Shown here in pieces: positions 18,138 through 30,297 of a stretch of DNA of 64,000 nt (positions are counted from its first letter, which is position 1; every line of letters begins with the position of its first letter). Source of the DNA: Alphaproteobacteria bacterium (GTDB taxonomy: Bacteria; Pseudomonadota; Alphaproteobacteria; Sphingomonadales; Sphingomonadaceae). The stretch lies in assembly GCA_005883305.1 (NCBI GenBank), contig VBAC01000002.1, positions 178,527-242,526 on the forward strand, read 5' to 3'. The position numbers were made by a program, and so were the translations under genes. The notes under the pieces were generated by a model. The model was given only the letters and a program-made list of their open reading frames with translations, had not been told where the DNA came from and did no database searches.

Positions 18138-21098
18138 TTAGTGCGCGGCGGGCGCCGCCGGGGCCGGTGCGGGAATCACCTCGACCGGCAGGTGGAGCTG
18201 CTCGAGCTGCGGGCGCACCCGGCTCGCGTCGCCGACCACGACCCAGACGAAGTTGCGCGGATCGATATAGCGCCGCGCCGTCGTGTCGAGCACCTGCGAG
18301 GTCATCCCGCGATAGCGGTCCGCCAGCTTGACCTGGTAATCGTCGGGCCGGTGGTAGAGCGCGTTGCTGCGCAGCGCGCCGAGCACCGCCGGCGACGTCT
18401 CGTACTGCCCCGGAAGCTGGCGGGTGTTGCCGTTGATCACCCGCTGCATCTCCTCAGCCGTTACGCCGTTGCGGGTCAGGAAGCCCTGGACGTCCTCCAT
18501 CGCCGCGGCGATCGAGTCCCCGGTCCGGTCCGCCTGGACCGGCATCTGGATGACGTAGGGCACCTGATGCTCGCGAAGGCTCGGGCCGCCGCCGACGCCG
18601 TAGGACCAGCCGCGGCGCTCGCGAAGGTCCATGTTTAGGCGCGAGAGGAAGTTTCCGCCGAGCACCTCGTTCGCGGCCTGCAGGTGGAGCAGATCCTCGG
18701 TGCCGTTGGCGCCCAGCAGCTGGCCGGCGAGGATGAAGCTCTGCGGCGATTGCGGACGGTCGATGAGGACGATCCGCGGCCCCGAAGCGGGCAGGTGGGC
18801 CGGGAAGGCCTTGGTCCCGCGCGGCGCGGCCGGCGGAGCCCAGTTTCCGAAGCGCCGCTCGAGCTGGCCGACGAACTGGTTCAGCGGAAGATCGCCGACC
18901 GCGAAGATCGTCGCATTGTCCGGACGGATCCAGCTCTGGTGGAAGGCGATCAGCTCATCGCGAGTCAGAGTCCTCACCGCGGCGGGATCCCCGCTGCCCG
19001 ACGAGGGCTTCGCGTAAGGATGGCCGGCCCCGTAGAGCAGCCCGGGAAGCGCCCGGCCCGCGAGGCCCTGCGGCTGGGTCATCTCGGCGGCGATTCCGGC
19101 GAGTTGCTGCGCGCGGATCCGCTCGACCTCGGCCGGAGCGAAGGCCGGGTTGCGGATGATGTCCGCGAACAGGTCCAGCGACGGCCCGAGATTGGGCGTG
19201 AGGGCGGTCAGCGAGACCGTCGTCCGGTCCAGGCTGGCGCCGGTCGTGATGGTCGCTCCGAGCCGCTCCTGCGCCTCGGCGAGCTGGATCGAATTGAGAT
19301 GGGTGGTGCCTTCCTCGAGCAGGTTCAGCATCATCGCCTGAGTGCCGAGCCGGCTGGCCGGATCGGCGGCGATGCCGGCGTTGAACTCGACCGCGATTCG
19401 GGTCACCGGAACGACGTTGCGGCGGACATAGACCACCTGGATGCCGTTCGAGAGGCGGGCCCGCTCGGTCGCCGGGAAATCGAGCCGGACGTCGGCGCCG
19501 ACCGGCGGCATCGGAGCGCGGGTGCGGGCCGGGGCCGGAGCCGAGGCCGCGCCGGCGGCCTGCTCGGACCCGTCGAAGCGCGACGGCGCGAGCGGCCGGT
19601 CGCCCGGCTGCGGCGGCGTGTAGTAGCGCGGACGCTGGTTCGGCGTGTTGGCGCCGGTGCCGCCCGCGGCGTTGCGCTGGCCGGAGACGCCCGTGGACTC
19701 CTCATAGGCCTCGCGCGCGCCCGGATCGACCCGGATGGCGAGCACCGGACGGGTTAGCCAGCGCTGCATCGCCGCGCGGACCTGCTCCGGAGTGACTCGG
19801 GCGAGCCGCTCGAGCCGGGTGCGGTAGAAATTGGGATCGTTGGCGTAGAGCATGCCCTCGGCCAGAGCGACGGCCTTGCCGCCGAAGCCGCCGACCTGCT
19901 CCAGGCCCTGAACGCGCGACGACATGGCGGTCATGACCGCTCGGCGGACTTCGTCGGCGGTCGGCCCGGTGCGGATGAAGTCGGCGACGAGAGCGTCGAG
20001 CCGGCGCGAAACGGCGTCGGCGTCCTGGCCCGGCTTAACGTCGACGGTCAGCTCGAACATGCTGATCCGGTGGAACGGCTGGACTCCGCCGGTGACCCGC
20101 ACCGCGCTCTGCTCGCCGCGCACCAGCGCGTTGTCGAGCCGCGAGCTCGACAGGCCGCCGAGGATGGTCGCTCCGACGGAGAGGGGAACGATGTCCGCCT
20201 CGGTCAGCCCCGGCACCGCCCAGTCGCGATAGAGGCGCGTGTTGGCGACGCGGTCGTGCATGACCCGGTCGACCCGGGCGGGAAGCGTGGGCACCGGGGC
20301 CGAGGCCGGGGTGTTGACCGGTCCGCGCGGGATATCGCCGAAATAGCGCTCGACCAGCGGACGGGCCTCGGCGACGTTGATGTCGCCGGCGAGGACCAGG
20401 ATCGCGTTGTTGGGGCCGTAGCGCTCGCGGAACCAGCCCTGCACCGTCTCCAGCGAGGCGGCGTCAAGATCGCGCATCGAGCCGATCGTCGAGTGCCGGT
20501 AGGGATGGCCTTCGGGGAAAAGGCCCTCGAGCTGGGCATATTCGACCATTCCGTAGGGCTCGTTGTCGCCCTGGCGCTTCTCGTTCTGGACGACTCCGCG
20601 CTGGTTGTTCAGCGTTTCCATCGTCAGTGCGCCGAGCAGGTGGCCCATCCGGTCGCTCTCAAGATAGAGCGTCTGCTCGAGCGCCGCCTTCGGCACGGTC
20701 TCGAAATAATTGGTGCGGTCGAACCAGGTCGTGCCGTTGAGATCGGTCGCGCCCATCGCGCGGGTGTAGGTGAAGTAATCGCCCGGAGCGTTCTCGGAGC
20801 CGTTGAACATGATGTGCTCGAACAGGTGGGCGAAGCCGGTGCGGCCGGCGGGCTCGTCCTTCGATCCGACATTGTACCAGACGCTGACCGCGACCACCGG
20901 GGCCTTGTGGTCCTCGTGGACGATGACTCGAAGCCCGTTGGCGAGCGTGAAGGTCTGGTAGGGGATGTTGACCCGGGCAAGGAGGGCGGCCGGGCTGGCC
21001 CCGGCGCTCGCGGCGGGCGAGCGGCGCTGGGCGGTGGCGGCCGAGCCGGCGACGGTGAGGGTGGCCGCAATAGCGAACGCGGTAAGAATCTTGCGCAT
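18138..21098 (-). CDS. secreted M16 (pitrilysin/insulinase) family zinc protease, tandem double-M16 architecture (986 aa)
   Basis: Signal peptide MRKILTAFAIAATLTVAGSAATA. HxxEH zinc motif in GFAHLFEHIMFNGS. A second M16-like half lies in the C-terminal 450 aa. Confidence 0.85.
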   Translation of the reverse strand: MRKILTAFAIAATLTVAGSAATAQRRSPAASAGASPAALLARVNIPYQTFTLANGLRVIVHEDHKAPVVAVSVWYNVGSKDEPAGRTGFAHLFEHIMFNGSENAPGDYFTYTRAMGATDLNGTTWFDRTNYFETVPKAALEQTLYLESDRMGHLLGALTMETLNNQRGVVQNEKRQGDNEPYGMVEYAQLEGLFPEGHPYRHSTIGSMRDLDAASLETVQGWFRERYGPNNAILVLAGDINVAEARPLVERYFGDIPRGPVNTPASAPVPTLPARVDRVMHDRVANTRLYRDWAVPGLTEADIVPLSVGATILGGLSSSRLDNALVRGEQSAVRVTGGVQPFHRISMFELTVDVKPGQDADAVSRRLDALVADFIRTGPTADEVRRAVMTAMSSRVQGLEQVGGFGGKAVALAEGMLYANDPNFYRTRLERLARVTPEQVRAAMQRWLTRPVLAIRVDPGAREAYEESTGVSGQRNAAGGTGANTPNQRPRYYTPPQPGDRPLAPSRFDGSEQAAGAASAPAPARTRAPMPPVGADVRLDFPATERARLSNGIQVVYVRRNVVPVTRIAVEFNAGIAADPASRLGTQAMMLNLLEEGTTHLNSIQLAEAQERLGATITTGASLDRTTVSLTALTPNLGPSLDLFADIIRNPAFAPAEVERIRAQQLAGIAAEMTQPQGLAGRALPGLLYGAGHPYAKPSSGSGDPAAVRTLTRDELIAFHQSWIRPDNATIFAVGDLPLNQFVGQLERRFGNWAPPAAPRGTKAFPAHLPASGPRIVLIDRPQSPQSFILAGQLLGANGTEDLLHLQAANEVLGGNFLSRLNMDLRERRGWSYGVGGGPSLREHQVPYVIQMPVQADRTGDSIAAAMEDVQGFLTRNGVTAEEMQRVINGNTRQLPGQYETSPAVLGALRSNALYHRPDDYQVKLADRYRGMTSQVLDTTARRYIDPRNFVWVVVGDASRVRPQLEQLHLPVEVIPAPAPAAPAAH

Positions 21099-21249
21099 GA
21101 GAATCCCCGTGATGTGCAGGGGGCGGACACTAGCGCGGTGTGCCGTTTAGGCAATACGCTTCGAAGAGCAAGGCCAAGAATTCGCTGCCTCATTGTGCGA
21201 GAGGAGGCCCGCACTACATCTTCTGCGAAACCGAAACGGGGCAGCTGCC

Positions 21250-23820
<2,571 letters not shown>

Positions 23821-23829
23821 GCCGCCTGC

Positions 23830-23924
23830 GTTCCCCGGCGAAGGCCGGGGCCCAGGCCGGCAAGCCGGTCAGCCCACCTTCAGAAAAGCCTTCGGCTCCT
23901 GGGCCCCGGCCTTCGCCGGGGAAC
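23830..23924. repeat. family A inverted-repeat element between convergent clpB and the oxygenase/sulfotransferase operon
   Basis: Termini 23830-23856 and 23898-23924 match those at 7447-7595 and 35671-35774. Plausible bidirectional terminator. Confidence 0.7.
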
Positions 23925-23928
23925 ATAG

Positions 23929-25389
23929 CTAGCGCGGCTGCGCCACGTCGAAGGCGATGCTCAGCCGCTCGCCCGCCGGGAACGGCAAGGTCGCGTGCCA
24001 CATGGTCGAGGGGAACAGCACCAGCCGTCCGGGCTTCGGCTCGACCGACCGAAGCGGCGGCAGATCGAGGCCGAGATCGTGGTGCGGCTGGCCGAGCGTC
24101 AGCCAGCCCTCCTGCCCCTGCGCCTTTTCCGGCACCGCGAGGTAGAAGGCCGAGCTCAGCCAGCCTTCCGGGTGGAAATGCGGATCGTGGTGGCCGGCGT
24201 CCGTCAGCCGCACCGACCACGAGCCGGAGAAGCGCACCGGCCGGTCGCGGCGCGCCTTGAGCGTCGGATGATCGGGATCGACCGGCGGGAGCTGCGCGAT
24301 ATGGCGCTCGACGGCGCCTTTGAGCAGGCGCCGGGCCGCCTCCAGCTCCGGCTCGATGCGGTTCAGCAAGTGACCCTCGGTCTGGGTGCCGCCGCGGACC
24401 GACTGGTGAAGGGGCTCGGCGACCGCCGTGTGGAGCGCTCGGGCGCGTTGCGCGAGACCGTCCGGAAGCTCCAGATCGAGGACCGAGACGAGCCGGTCGT
24501 CGCCTTCGAGCCAGGCGGCGCGCGCGGGATCGCTGAGGCGCCAGGCCGCGGACAGATAGGGCGTCACCTCGGGCGCGTCGGTCGCCAGCTTCGGCTCGAG
24601 CAAGGCCGCGGCCTGCTCCGGCCGCCCTCGCCGAAGCGCGTTGCGGGCGCGGCGGACGATCAGGTCGACCTCGTCGAAATGGGCGAGCGGCGCGAACAAT
24701 AGCTCGGCCCGCGCGTGATCGCCGAGCTCGTCGATGCAGATCGCCTCGTTGGCGTCGAAGGTCGGATGGGCGCCGGCCGCCGCGCGGGCGCGGGCGATCG
24801 CTTCGAGCGCATCGCCGAAGCGCAGAGCCCGGATCAGGCTGATGATCAGCTCGCGCCAAAGGAAGACGTCGCGCGGACGAAGCCGAAGGGCGCGATCGAA
24901 CGATTCGGTGATCCGCTTGGTCTCGCCGGCGGTGCAGACCAGTTGCACGCGATAGGCATGACCCTCGAGCCAGCCCGGATCGGCCGCCAGCATGGAATCG
25001 AGCCGGACCGCCGCCGCCGCCGGCCCCTGCTCCTGCTGGAGCGCCTCGATCATCCCCAGCCGCGCCGTATCGCGCGGCTCGATAGCGACAGCCCCCTCGT
25101 AAAGCGCGAGCGCGGGAAGCCCGGCCTCCAGCGCCACCCGGGCGTAAAGATGGGCGACTCCGAAATCGTCGGGCCAGAGCGAAGCGGCCTGGCGGCACGA
25201 CGCGACGGCGCTCGCCAGATCGCCCTCGGCGCGCTGGAGCAGCCCGCTGACGTGCCAGAGGCGCGGGTCGCCCGGGTTGAGGGCGCGCGCCGCGTCGAGC
25301 GCTTCGAGCGCCGAGCCCTCCCGCCCGGTGCCGAGCGCGGCCATCCCGGCCTGGTAGGCGGCATCGGCATCGGCCGGATCGACGATCAT
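23929..25389 (-). CDS. TPR-repeat protein fused to a PF13759-type (2OG-FeII_Oxy_5 / TIGR02466-like) putative 2OG-Fe(II) oxygenase ('Oxy-B')
   Basis: C-terminal HFHPEGWLSSAFYLAVP...PGRLVLFPSTMWHATLPF. N-terminal ~300 aa of Ala/Leu/Arg-rich TPR-like repeats. No signal peptide. ATGA overlap with the upstream gene. Confidence 0.75.
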   Translation of the reverse strand: MIVDPADADAAYQAGMAALGTGREGSALEALDAARALNPGDPRLWHVSGLLQRAEGDLASAVASCRQAASLWPDDFGVAHLYARVALEAGLPALALYEGAVAIEPRDTARLGMIEALQQEQGPAAAAVRLDSMLAADPGWLEGHAYRVQLVCTAGETKRITESFDRALRLRPRDVFLWRELIISLIRALRFGDALEAIARARAAAGAHPTFDANEAICIDELGDHARAELLFAPLAHFDEVDLIVRRARNALRRGRPEQAAALLEPKLATDAPEVTPYLSAAWRLSDPARAAWLEGDDRLVSVLDLELPDGLAQRARALHTAVAEPLHQSVRGGTQTEGHLLNRIEPELEAARRLLKGAVERHIAQLPPVDPDHPTLKARRDRPVRFSGSWSVRLTDAGHHDPHFHPEGWLSSAFYLAVPEKAQGQEGWLTLGQPHHDLGLDLPPLRSVEPKPGRLVLFPSTMWHATLPFPAGERLSIAFDVAQPR

Positions 25390-26933
25390 GTGGAATAACC
25401 CATTTTCTCGGCCCAGAACGCCAGGATCGGAAGCACCGGCGCCATCTGCGCCCGATACCGTTCCCAGCGCCCGCGCGCCCGTTTGTAGATCGGCTGCGCG
25501 ACCTGCGCGTAGCTCGGCGTGACGATCGGCCCGCGCTCGGCCGCGGTCGCTTCGTTGTCAAGCACCCGGTCGTTCCAGGGCAGGCCGAGGAACCCGAGGA
25601 GCGAGCGCATTTCCGCCCCCTTGTCCTCGACCAGATTCTCGTAGCGGAGCGTGTGAACGTCGAGCGGCAGGATTTCGCAGGCGCGTTCCCAGAAGGCGAG
25701 GGCGAGCGCGTAGAGCCGCGCCGAATCGGCGAGGTCGAGGAAGTTGGCCATCGCCGGATTGAGGTCGAAGGGCTGCATGAAGCACGAAAGAACGACGTCG
25801 CAGGGGTGTCGCGCGGCGAAGATGAACTTCGCGTCGGGAAAGAGGCGGTGGATGAGCGGCGCGCCGAGCAGGTTGAGCGGCAGCTTGTCGACCACCGTCC
25901 GCCCGTCCGCGGGGCCCAGCGCCTCGAAATAAAGGTCGCGCAGCCGCCGAGTCTCGGCCTCGTCCAGCCCGGGCAAGCGGGCGAAGTCGCCGAGCGCCGC
26001 TGCCGAACGCTCCAGAAGCGGCACCTCCTCGAGCACGTTCAGCGCCGGATGGCCCATCAGCAGCGTGTCGAGCAAGGTCGTTCCGGAGCGCGGAAAGCCG
26101 ACGAGAAAGACCGGCGCCGGCCGCTCCCCCGGCGCGACGGGAGTCCAGCGCGCGGCGTAATCCGGCGTCATCATCTCGGCCAGCGCCGCGACATGGGCGC
26201 GATAGGCGGCCGCCTGGCTCCGCACCGCCGGATCGGCCGCGCCCGCAAGCGCGTTCATCTCGGCATAGGCCGCGAAGGCGCGTGCTGGATCGCCCGCCTT
26301 GTCGGCCAGCCGCCCGATCAACGCCAAGCGCCGCGCCGGAACCTCGTCCGTCGGAATCGCCAGCGCCGCCGCCAGCGCTTCGCCCGCGCGGCCCTCGCGG
26401 TCGAGCGCAAGGGCGTTGAGATAGGGCAGGTCCAGCCCCCTCTCCGTCGCCTCGGCGATCAATGCGGGCAGGCGATCGAGCCGGTTGCCGCGCTCGAGCA
26501 TCTGCCCGCGCTCCAGCCAGGAGGCTTCGTGCGAGGGCGCCCGGCGATAGAGGCTTTCCGCCTCGTCGTAGCGCACCAGAGCGGAAAGGGCCCGTGCGAG
26601 ATCGAGCAGGACCGGCGAATCGCCCGGAAGATGGCCGGCCGCGGACAGCAAGGCGGCCGCCGCTTCGTCGGCGCGTCCAACCTGGGCCAGCGCCCCGGCG
26701 AAGTTGAATCGAACGCCGATCTCGCCGGGCCTCAGAGCCGCCGCCCTGGACAGCGCCGCCAGCGCTCCTTCGACATCCCCGGCGGAACGGCGCGCATTGC
26801 CGAGATTGTTCCAGATTTCCCAGTCGTCCGGCGCCGCCGCGACCACCGCCTCGTAGCGCTCCGCCGCCTCGGCATGGCGGCCGAGCGCCTGCAGCCGATA
26901 GCCCTCGGCGCGCAACCGACCGATGTCCGTCAC
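25386..26933 (-). CDS. TPR-repeat protein fused to a PAPS-dependent sulfotransferase domain ('ST-B')
   Basis: TPR consensus stretches (GRHAEAAERYEAVVAAAPDDWEIWNNLGNARRSAGD...). 5'-PSB motif GFPRSGTTLLDTLL and 3'-PB motif ARHPCDVVLSCF. GTGA overlap with the upstream gene. Confidence 0.8.
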   Translation of the reverse strand: MTDIGRLRAEGYRLQALGRHAEAAERYEAVVAAAPDDWEIWNNLGNARRSAGDVEGALAALSRAAALRPGEIGVRFNFAGALAQVGRADEAAAALLSAAGHLPGDSPVLLDLARALSALVRYDEAESLYRRAPSHEASWLERGQMLERGNRLDRLPALIAEATERGLDLPYLNALALDREGRAGEALAAALAIPTDEVPARRLALIGRLADKAGDPARAFAAYAEMNALAGAADPAVRSQAAAYRAHVAALAEMMTPDYAARWTPVAPGERPAPVFLVGFPRSGTTLLDTLLMGHPALNVLEEVPLLERSAAALGDFARLPGLDEAETRRLRDLYFEALGPADGRTVVDKLPLNLLGAPLIHRLFPDAKFIFAARHPCDVVLSCFMQPFDLNPAMANFLDLADSARLYALALAFWERACEILPLDVHTLRYENLVEDKGAEMRSLLGFLGLPWNDRVLDNEATAAERGPIVTPSYAQVAQPIYKRARGRWERYRAQMAPVLPILAFWAEKMGYST

Positions 26934-28804
26934 AGCCTATAGCCGAGCCGCTCGGCCCAGGGGGCGAGGATCGGCAGCACCGGGGCCATCTGCGCGCGGT
27001 AGCGCTCCCAGCGACCGACCGAGCGGGCGTAGAGCGGCTCGGTCACCTGCTTGTAGCTGGCGGTGGCGATATGCGTCCGCTTGGCGGCGGCGGCCTGGTT
27101 GTCTAGCACGCGTTCGTCCCAGGGAAGGCCGAGGAAATCGAGCAGCGCACGCATCTCCGTTTCCGGATCGGCGATCAGCCTTTCGTAGCGCAGGCTATGG
27201 ACGTGGATCGGAAGCAGGCTGCTCGCCCGGGTCCAGGAGTCGAGGACGATGTCGTAGAGCCGGGCCGCCCCTTCCAGCGTGGTGAAGCAGCGCATCGCCC
27301 GGTTGAGGGTGAAATTGGACGTGAAGCAGCTCAGCACCGCGTCGCACGGATGGCGCTCGACGAAGACGATCCTGGCCTCGGGGAACAGGCGGTGGATCAG
27401 CGCCACGCGCGCCATGTGAAGCGGGAATTTGTCGACGATCGTCTGGCCCGGGGCCGGAGGGGAAAGGGCGCGCAGGCGCTGGAAGTAGAGCGAGCGGAGG
27501 CCGTTCGCCTCGGCGTCGGTGAGCGAGGCGAGCCGCGCGTGCCCGCCAAGCGCCGCCTCGACCTCGGCGAGCGGCGGCATCTCTTCCAGCACGTGCAGCT
27601 GGGGGAGGTTCATCAGCAGCGTGTCGAGAAGGGTCGTTCCCGAGCGCGGGAAGCCCAGGACGAAGATCGGCGGCGGCGGATCGCGGTCCAGCGCCAGCGC
27701 CGGCCAGGAGGCGACCCACTCGGGCGTCAGCAGAGCGGCGTTGGCGCCCACTTCGGCGGCATAATCGGGGCCGAAATCCATCCCGGCCTTGGCGGCGAGC
27801 GCAGCCCGGTTCATCTCCGCGAAGGACTCGAAGGCGCGCGCGCTGTCTCCCAGCCGGTCGGCGATCTCGCCAATCAGCTGCGCCTTGCGCATCGGATCGA
27901 TCGAAAGGGGGGTCGCCTCGGCCAGCGGCAGCGCCTCGGCGAAGCGGCCTTGCCGGCGCAGCGCCCAGGCGCGAAGGAACCCGGCCTCCGCGCCTCCCGG
28001 CCCCTGCTTCCCGGCGAGATCGGCGAGCGCGGCCAGATCGTCCGTGCGGTTGAGGCTTTCGAGGAGGATGCCGAGCTCGAGATAGGGGCCGATGTCTTTG
28101 GGATCGAGGCGGATCGCCTGGCGGAAAGCGGCTTCCGCCGCCGCGAAATCGCCCGCCGCCGCTTCGGCGAGGCCGAGCTCGCTCTGCACGCGGGGGATTT
28201 CGGGGGAAAGGCGCGCCGCTTCGCGCATCAGCGCCCGCCGCTCGTCGACGCGCTCGCCGCGGTCGAGCACGCCCGAAAGATTGAGCACCATCTCGATCAT
28301 GTCGGGCCGAAGCCGGATCGCTTGCCTCAGCGCCGCGGCCGCGCGCCCCGTGTCGCCGAGCGCCGAGCGAACATTGCCGAGGTTGTTCCAGCTCTCCCAA
28401 TCGCCGGGCGTGGCGCGGACCACATCCTCGTAGGCGGCGGCGGCTTCGGCGTGCCGGCCCTGCTGCTGCCAGGCATAAGCGGCGATCCGGCGAAGGCGCG
28501 GGTCCGCCCCGCCCGCCTCGCAGATCCGCGCCGCCTCCGGCGCATCGCCCGAATCGAGCACGGCCGCCGCGAGATTGCAGCGCGCGGCGGAATCCCCGGG
28601 CCGAGCGTCCAGGGCGCGGCGGAAATGCGGGATTGCGCCTTTCGGATCTCCTGCCTGGGCGGCGGCGAGGCCGGCGAAGGCGCTGAGCTCGACATTGCCC
28701 GGATCGACGGCGAGCGCGGCCTCTGCCGCCGCGCGCGCCCCTGCGAGGTCGCCGCGGCGGTAGCGCTCGAGCGCCGGGGCGAGGCTTGGCGGTGGCGGGC
28801 TCAT
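26930..28804 (-). CDS. TPR-repeat protein fused to a PAPS-dependent sulfotransferase domain ('ST-A'), paralog of 25386-26933
   Basis: GFPRSGTTLLDTLL, ERHPCDAVLSCF, and a C-terminal stretch GRWERYRAQMAPVLPILA shared with the paralog. The ATG at 28804 (M24 of the track ORF) forms an ATGA overlap with the upstream stop. Confidence 0.8.
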   Translation of the reverse strand: MSPPPPSLAPALERYRRGDLAGARAAAEAALAVDPGNVELSAFAGLAAAQAGDPKGAIPHFRRALDARPGDSAARCNLAAAVLDSGDAPEAARICEAGGADPRLRRIAAYAWQQQGRHAEAAAAYEDVVRATPGDWESWNNLGNVRSALGDTGRAAAALRQAIRLRPDMIEMVLNLSGVLDRGERVDERRALMREAARLSPEIPRVQSELGLAEAAAGDFAAAEAAFRQAIRLDPKDIGPYLELGILLESLNRTDDLAALADLAGKQGPGGAEAGFLRAWALRRQGRFAEALPLAEATPLSIDPMRKAQLIGEIADRLGDSARAFESFAEMNRAALAAKAGMDFGPDYAAEVGANAALLTPEWVASWPALALDRDPPPPIFVLGFPRSGTTLLDTLLMNLPQLHVLEEMPPLAEVEAALGGHARLASLTDAEANGLRSLYFQRLRALSPPAPGQTIVDKFPLHMARVALIHRLFPEARIVFVERHPCDAVLSCFTSNFTLNRAMRCFTTLEGAARLYDIVLDSWTRASSLLPIHVHSLRYERLIADPETEMRALLDFLGLPWDERVLDNQAAAAKRTHIATASYKQVTEPLYARSVGRWERYRAQMAPVLPILAPWAERLGYRL

Positions 28805-30282
28805 GCCGGCCTCGCGACGTCGAACGCCACCGTCATCCGCTCGCCGGCCTCGAACGGCACCGTCCCGTGCCACATGGTCGATGGAAAGAGGACCAGCCGC
28901 CCCGGCTTCGGCTCCACGTAACGGAACGGCTCGAGGCCCAGCCCGAGCTCGGCTTGAGGCTCGCCGAGCTTCAGCCAGCCGGCATGGCCGTCGCCGGTGG
29001 GCGGCAGGGCGACGTAGAAGGCCGAGCTAAGCCAACCGGCCGGGTGGATGTGGTTGGAATGAAAGCCGGCGCCCGGCAGCCGCACCGACCAGGAGCCGGA
29101 GAAGCGAACCGGCGCCCGCCTGGCGATCAGGGTCGGGTGCCCCCCGATCGGGGCGGGCAACTGGGCGACGTGCCGCTCCACCGCCGAAACGATCACCGCG
29201 CGCAGCGCGCGTATCTCGGGCTCGATCCGGGCGAAAAGAGGGCCGTCGGTCTGGGTGCCGCCGCGCACCGATTGCTCGAGCGGCTGGTGCAGATTGTGGT
29301 GAAGGCCACGCAGCCTCTCGGCCAGCGCATCGAGCGACGGAATCCGATCGGCGAGATCGTAGACGCCGACCAGGCGCTCGTCCCCTTCCAGCCATTGCCA
29401 GCGCGGATCGCCGGTGAGCCGCCAGGCAGCTGCGACATAGGGCCAGAGGAAATCCGCCTCGGGAACCCCGAGCCAGGGCCGGGCGAAATCGGCCACCTGT
29501 TCCGGGCGGCCCGCCCGAAGCAGATGCCGCGCGTAACGCGTTGCCATGGCCACGTGCTGGATCGGGCCCAGAGCTGCGAACAGGACATCGGCCTGCTCGA
29601 TGTCCCCGGTTTCGGACGCGATGACCGTCTCCAGCGCATCGAACGCCGGATCGGAGCCGGCTGCCGTCCGGGCGCGGACGACCAGGGCGCGCGCCGCGTC
29701 GTAATCGCCCTGCTGCATGAGCGTCTCGACCCACTCGCGCCAGATGGCAACCTCCCGCGGCGCCTTTGCCACGGCGGTCGCGAAGCTCGCCGTGAAGGCC
29801 TCCGCTTCGCCTCGCAGCCAGCGCAGTCGGCAGAGGGTCTGATGGCCGGGCAACCATCCTGGATGAAGCCTTAGCTGTGCGTCCAGATCGCCTATCGCTG
29901 GGTCGATTTCCCCTTCGGCGAGCTGGGCCGCGGCGCGGCCGAGCATCACCGAGCCGTCATTGGGGGCGAGCGCGAGAGCGCGATCGAACAGCATCCGCGA
30001 CGGCAGGCCGGCTTCGAGCGTGCAGCGCGCCAGGCTGTGGGCTATCAGCGCGTCCGCAGGCGCGAGCGCCGCTGCCCTTTCGAACGCCGCGACGGCCGGT
30101 CCCATGTCCTCGAGTTTGCGATGGGCGAGGCCGAGCACCTGCCAGATTCGTGCGTCGCCGGGATGACGCTCCCGCGCCAGTTCGAGCAGCGGCAGCGCCT
30201 TTGCCTCCAGGCCCGATTTCACCGCCTTGGCCCCGACGGCGAAAACGGCGTCGGCATCTTCTGGACTGACGCGGCTCAGCAT
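28801..30282 (-). CDS. TPR-repeat protein fused to a PF13759-type putative 2OG-Fe(II) oxygenase ('Oxy-A'), paralog of 23929-25389
   Basis: HIHPAGWLSSAFYVALP...PGRLVLFPSTMWHGTVPF. The start at ATG 30282 has an AGGTGG SD 5 nt upstream and aligns with the paralog N-terminus. The longer track ORF (to 30402) would read through the hairpin. Confidence 0.75.
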   Translation of the reverse strand: MLSRVSPEDADAVFAVGAKAVKSGLEAKALPLLELARERHPGDARIWQVLGLAHRKLEDMGPAVAAFERAAALAPADALIAHSLARCTLEAGLPSRMLFDRALALAPNDGSVMLGRAAAQLAEGEIDPAIGDLDAQLRLHPGWLPGHQTLCRLRWLRGEAEAFTASFATAVAKAPREVAIWREWVETLMQQGDYDAARALVVRARTAAGSDPAFDALETVIASETGDIEQADVLFAALGPIQHVAMATRYARHLLRAGRPEQVADFARPWLGVPEADFLWPYVAAAWRLTGDPRWQWLEGDERLVGVYDLADRIPSLDALAERLRGLHHNLHQPLEQSVRGGTQTDGPLFARIEPEIRALRAVIVSAVERHVAQLPAPIGGHPTLIARRAPVRFSGSWSVRLPGAGFHSNHIHPAGWLSSAFYVALPPTGDGHAGWLKLGEPQAELGLGLEPFRYVEPKPGRLVLFPSTMWHGTVPFEAGERMTVAFDVARPA

Positions 30283-30297
30283 CGCCACCACCTGGCC

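Noticed and set aside
21150-21249. Possible RpoH (sigma-32) heat-shock promoter upstream of clpB (ATTGTG ... CCCGCACTACAT around 21192-21219)
   Set aside because: The resemblance to CTTGAA-N(13-17)-CCCCATNT is only partial and I cannot score it. It is expected biologically but the sequence alone does not support it.
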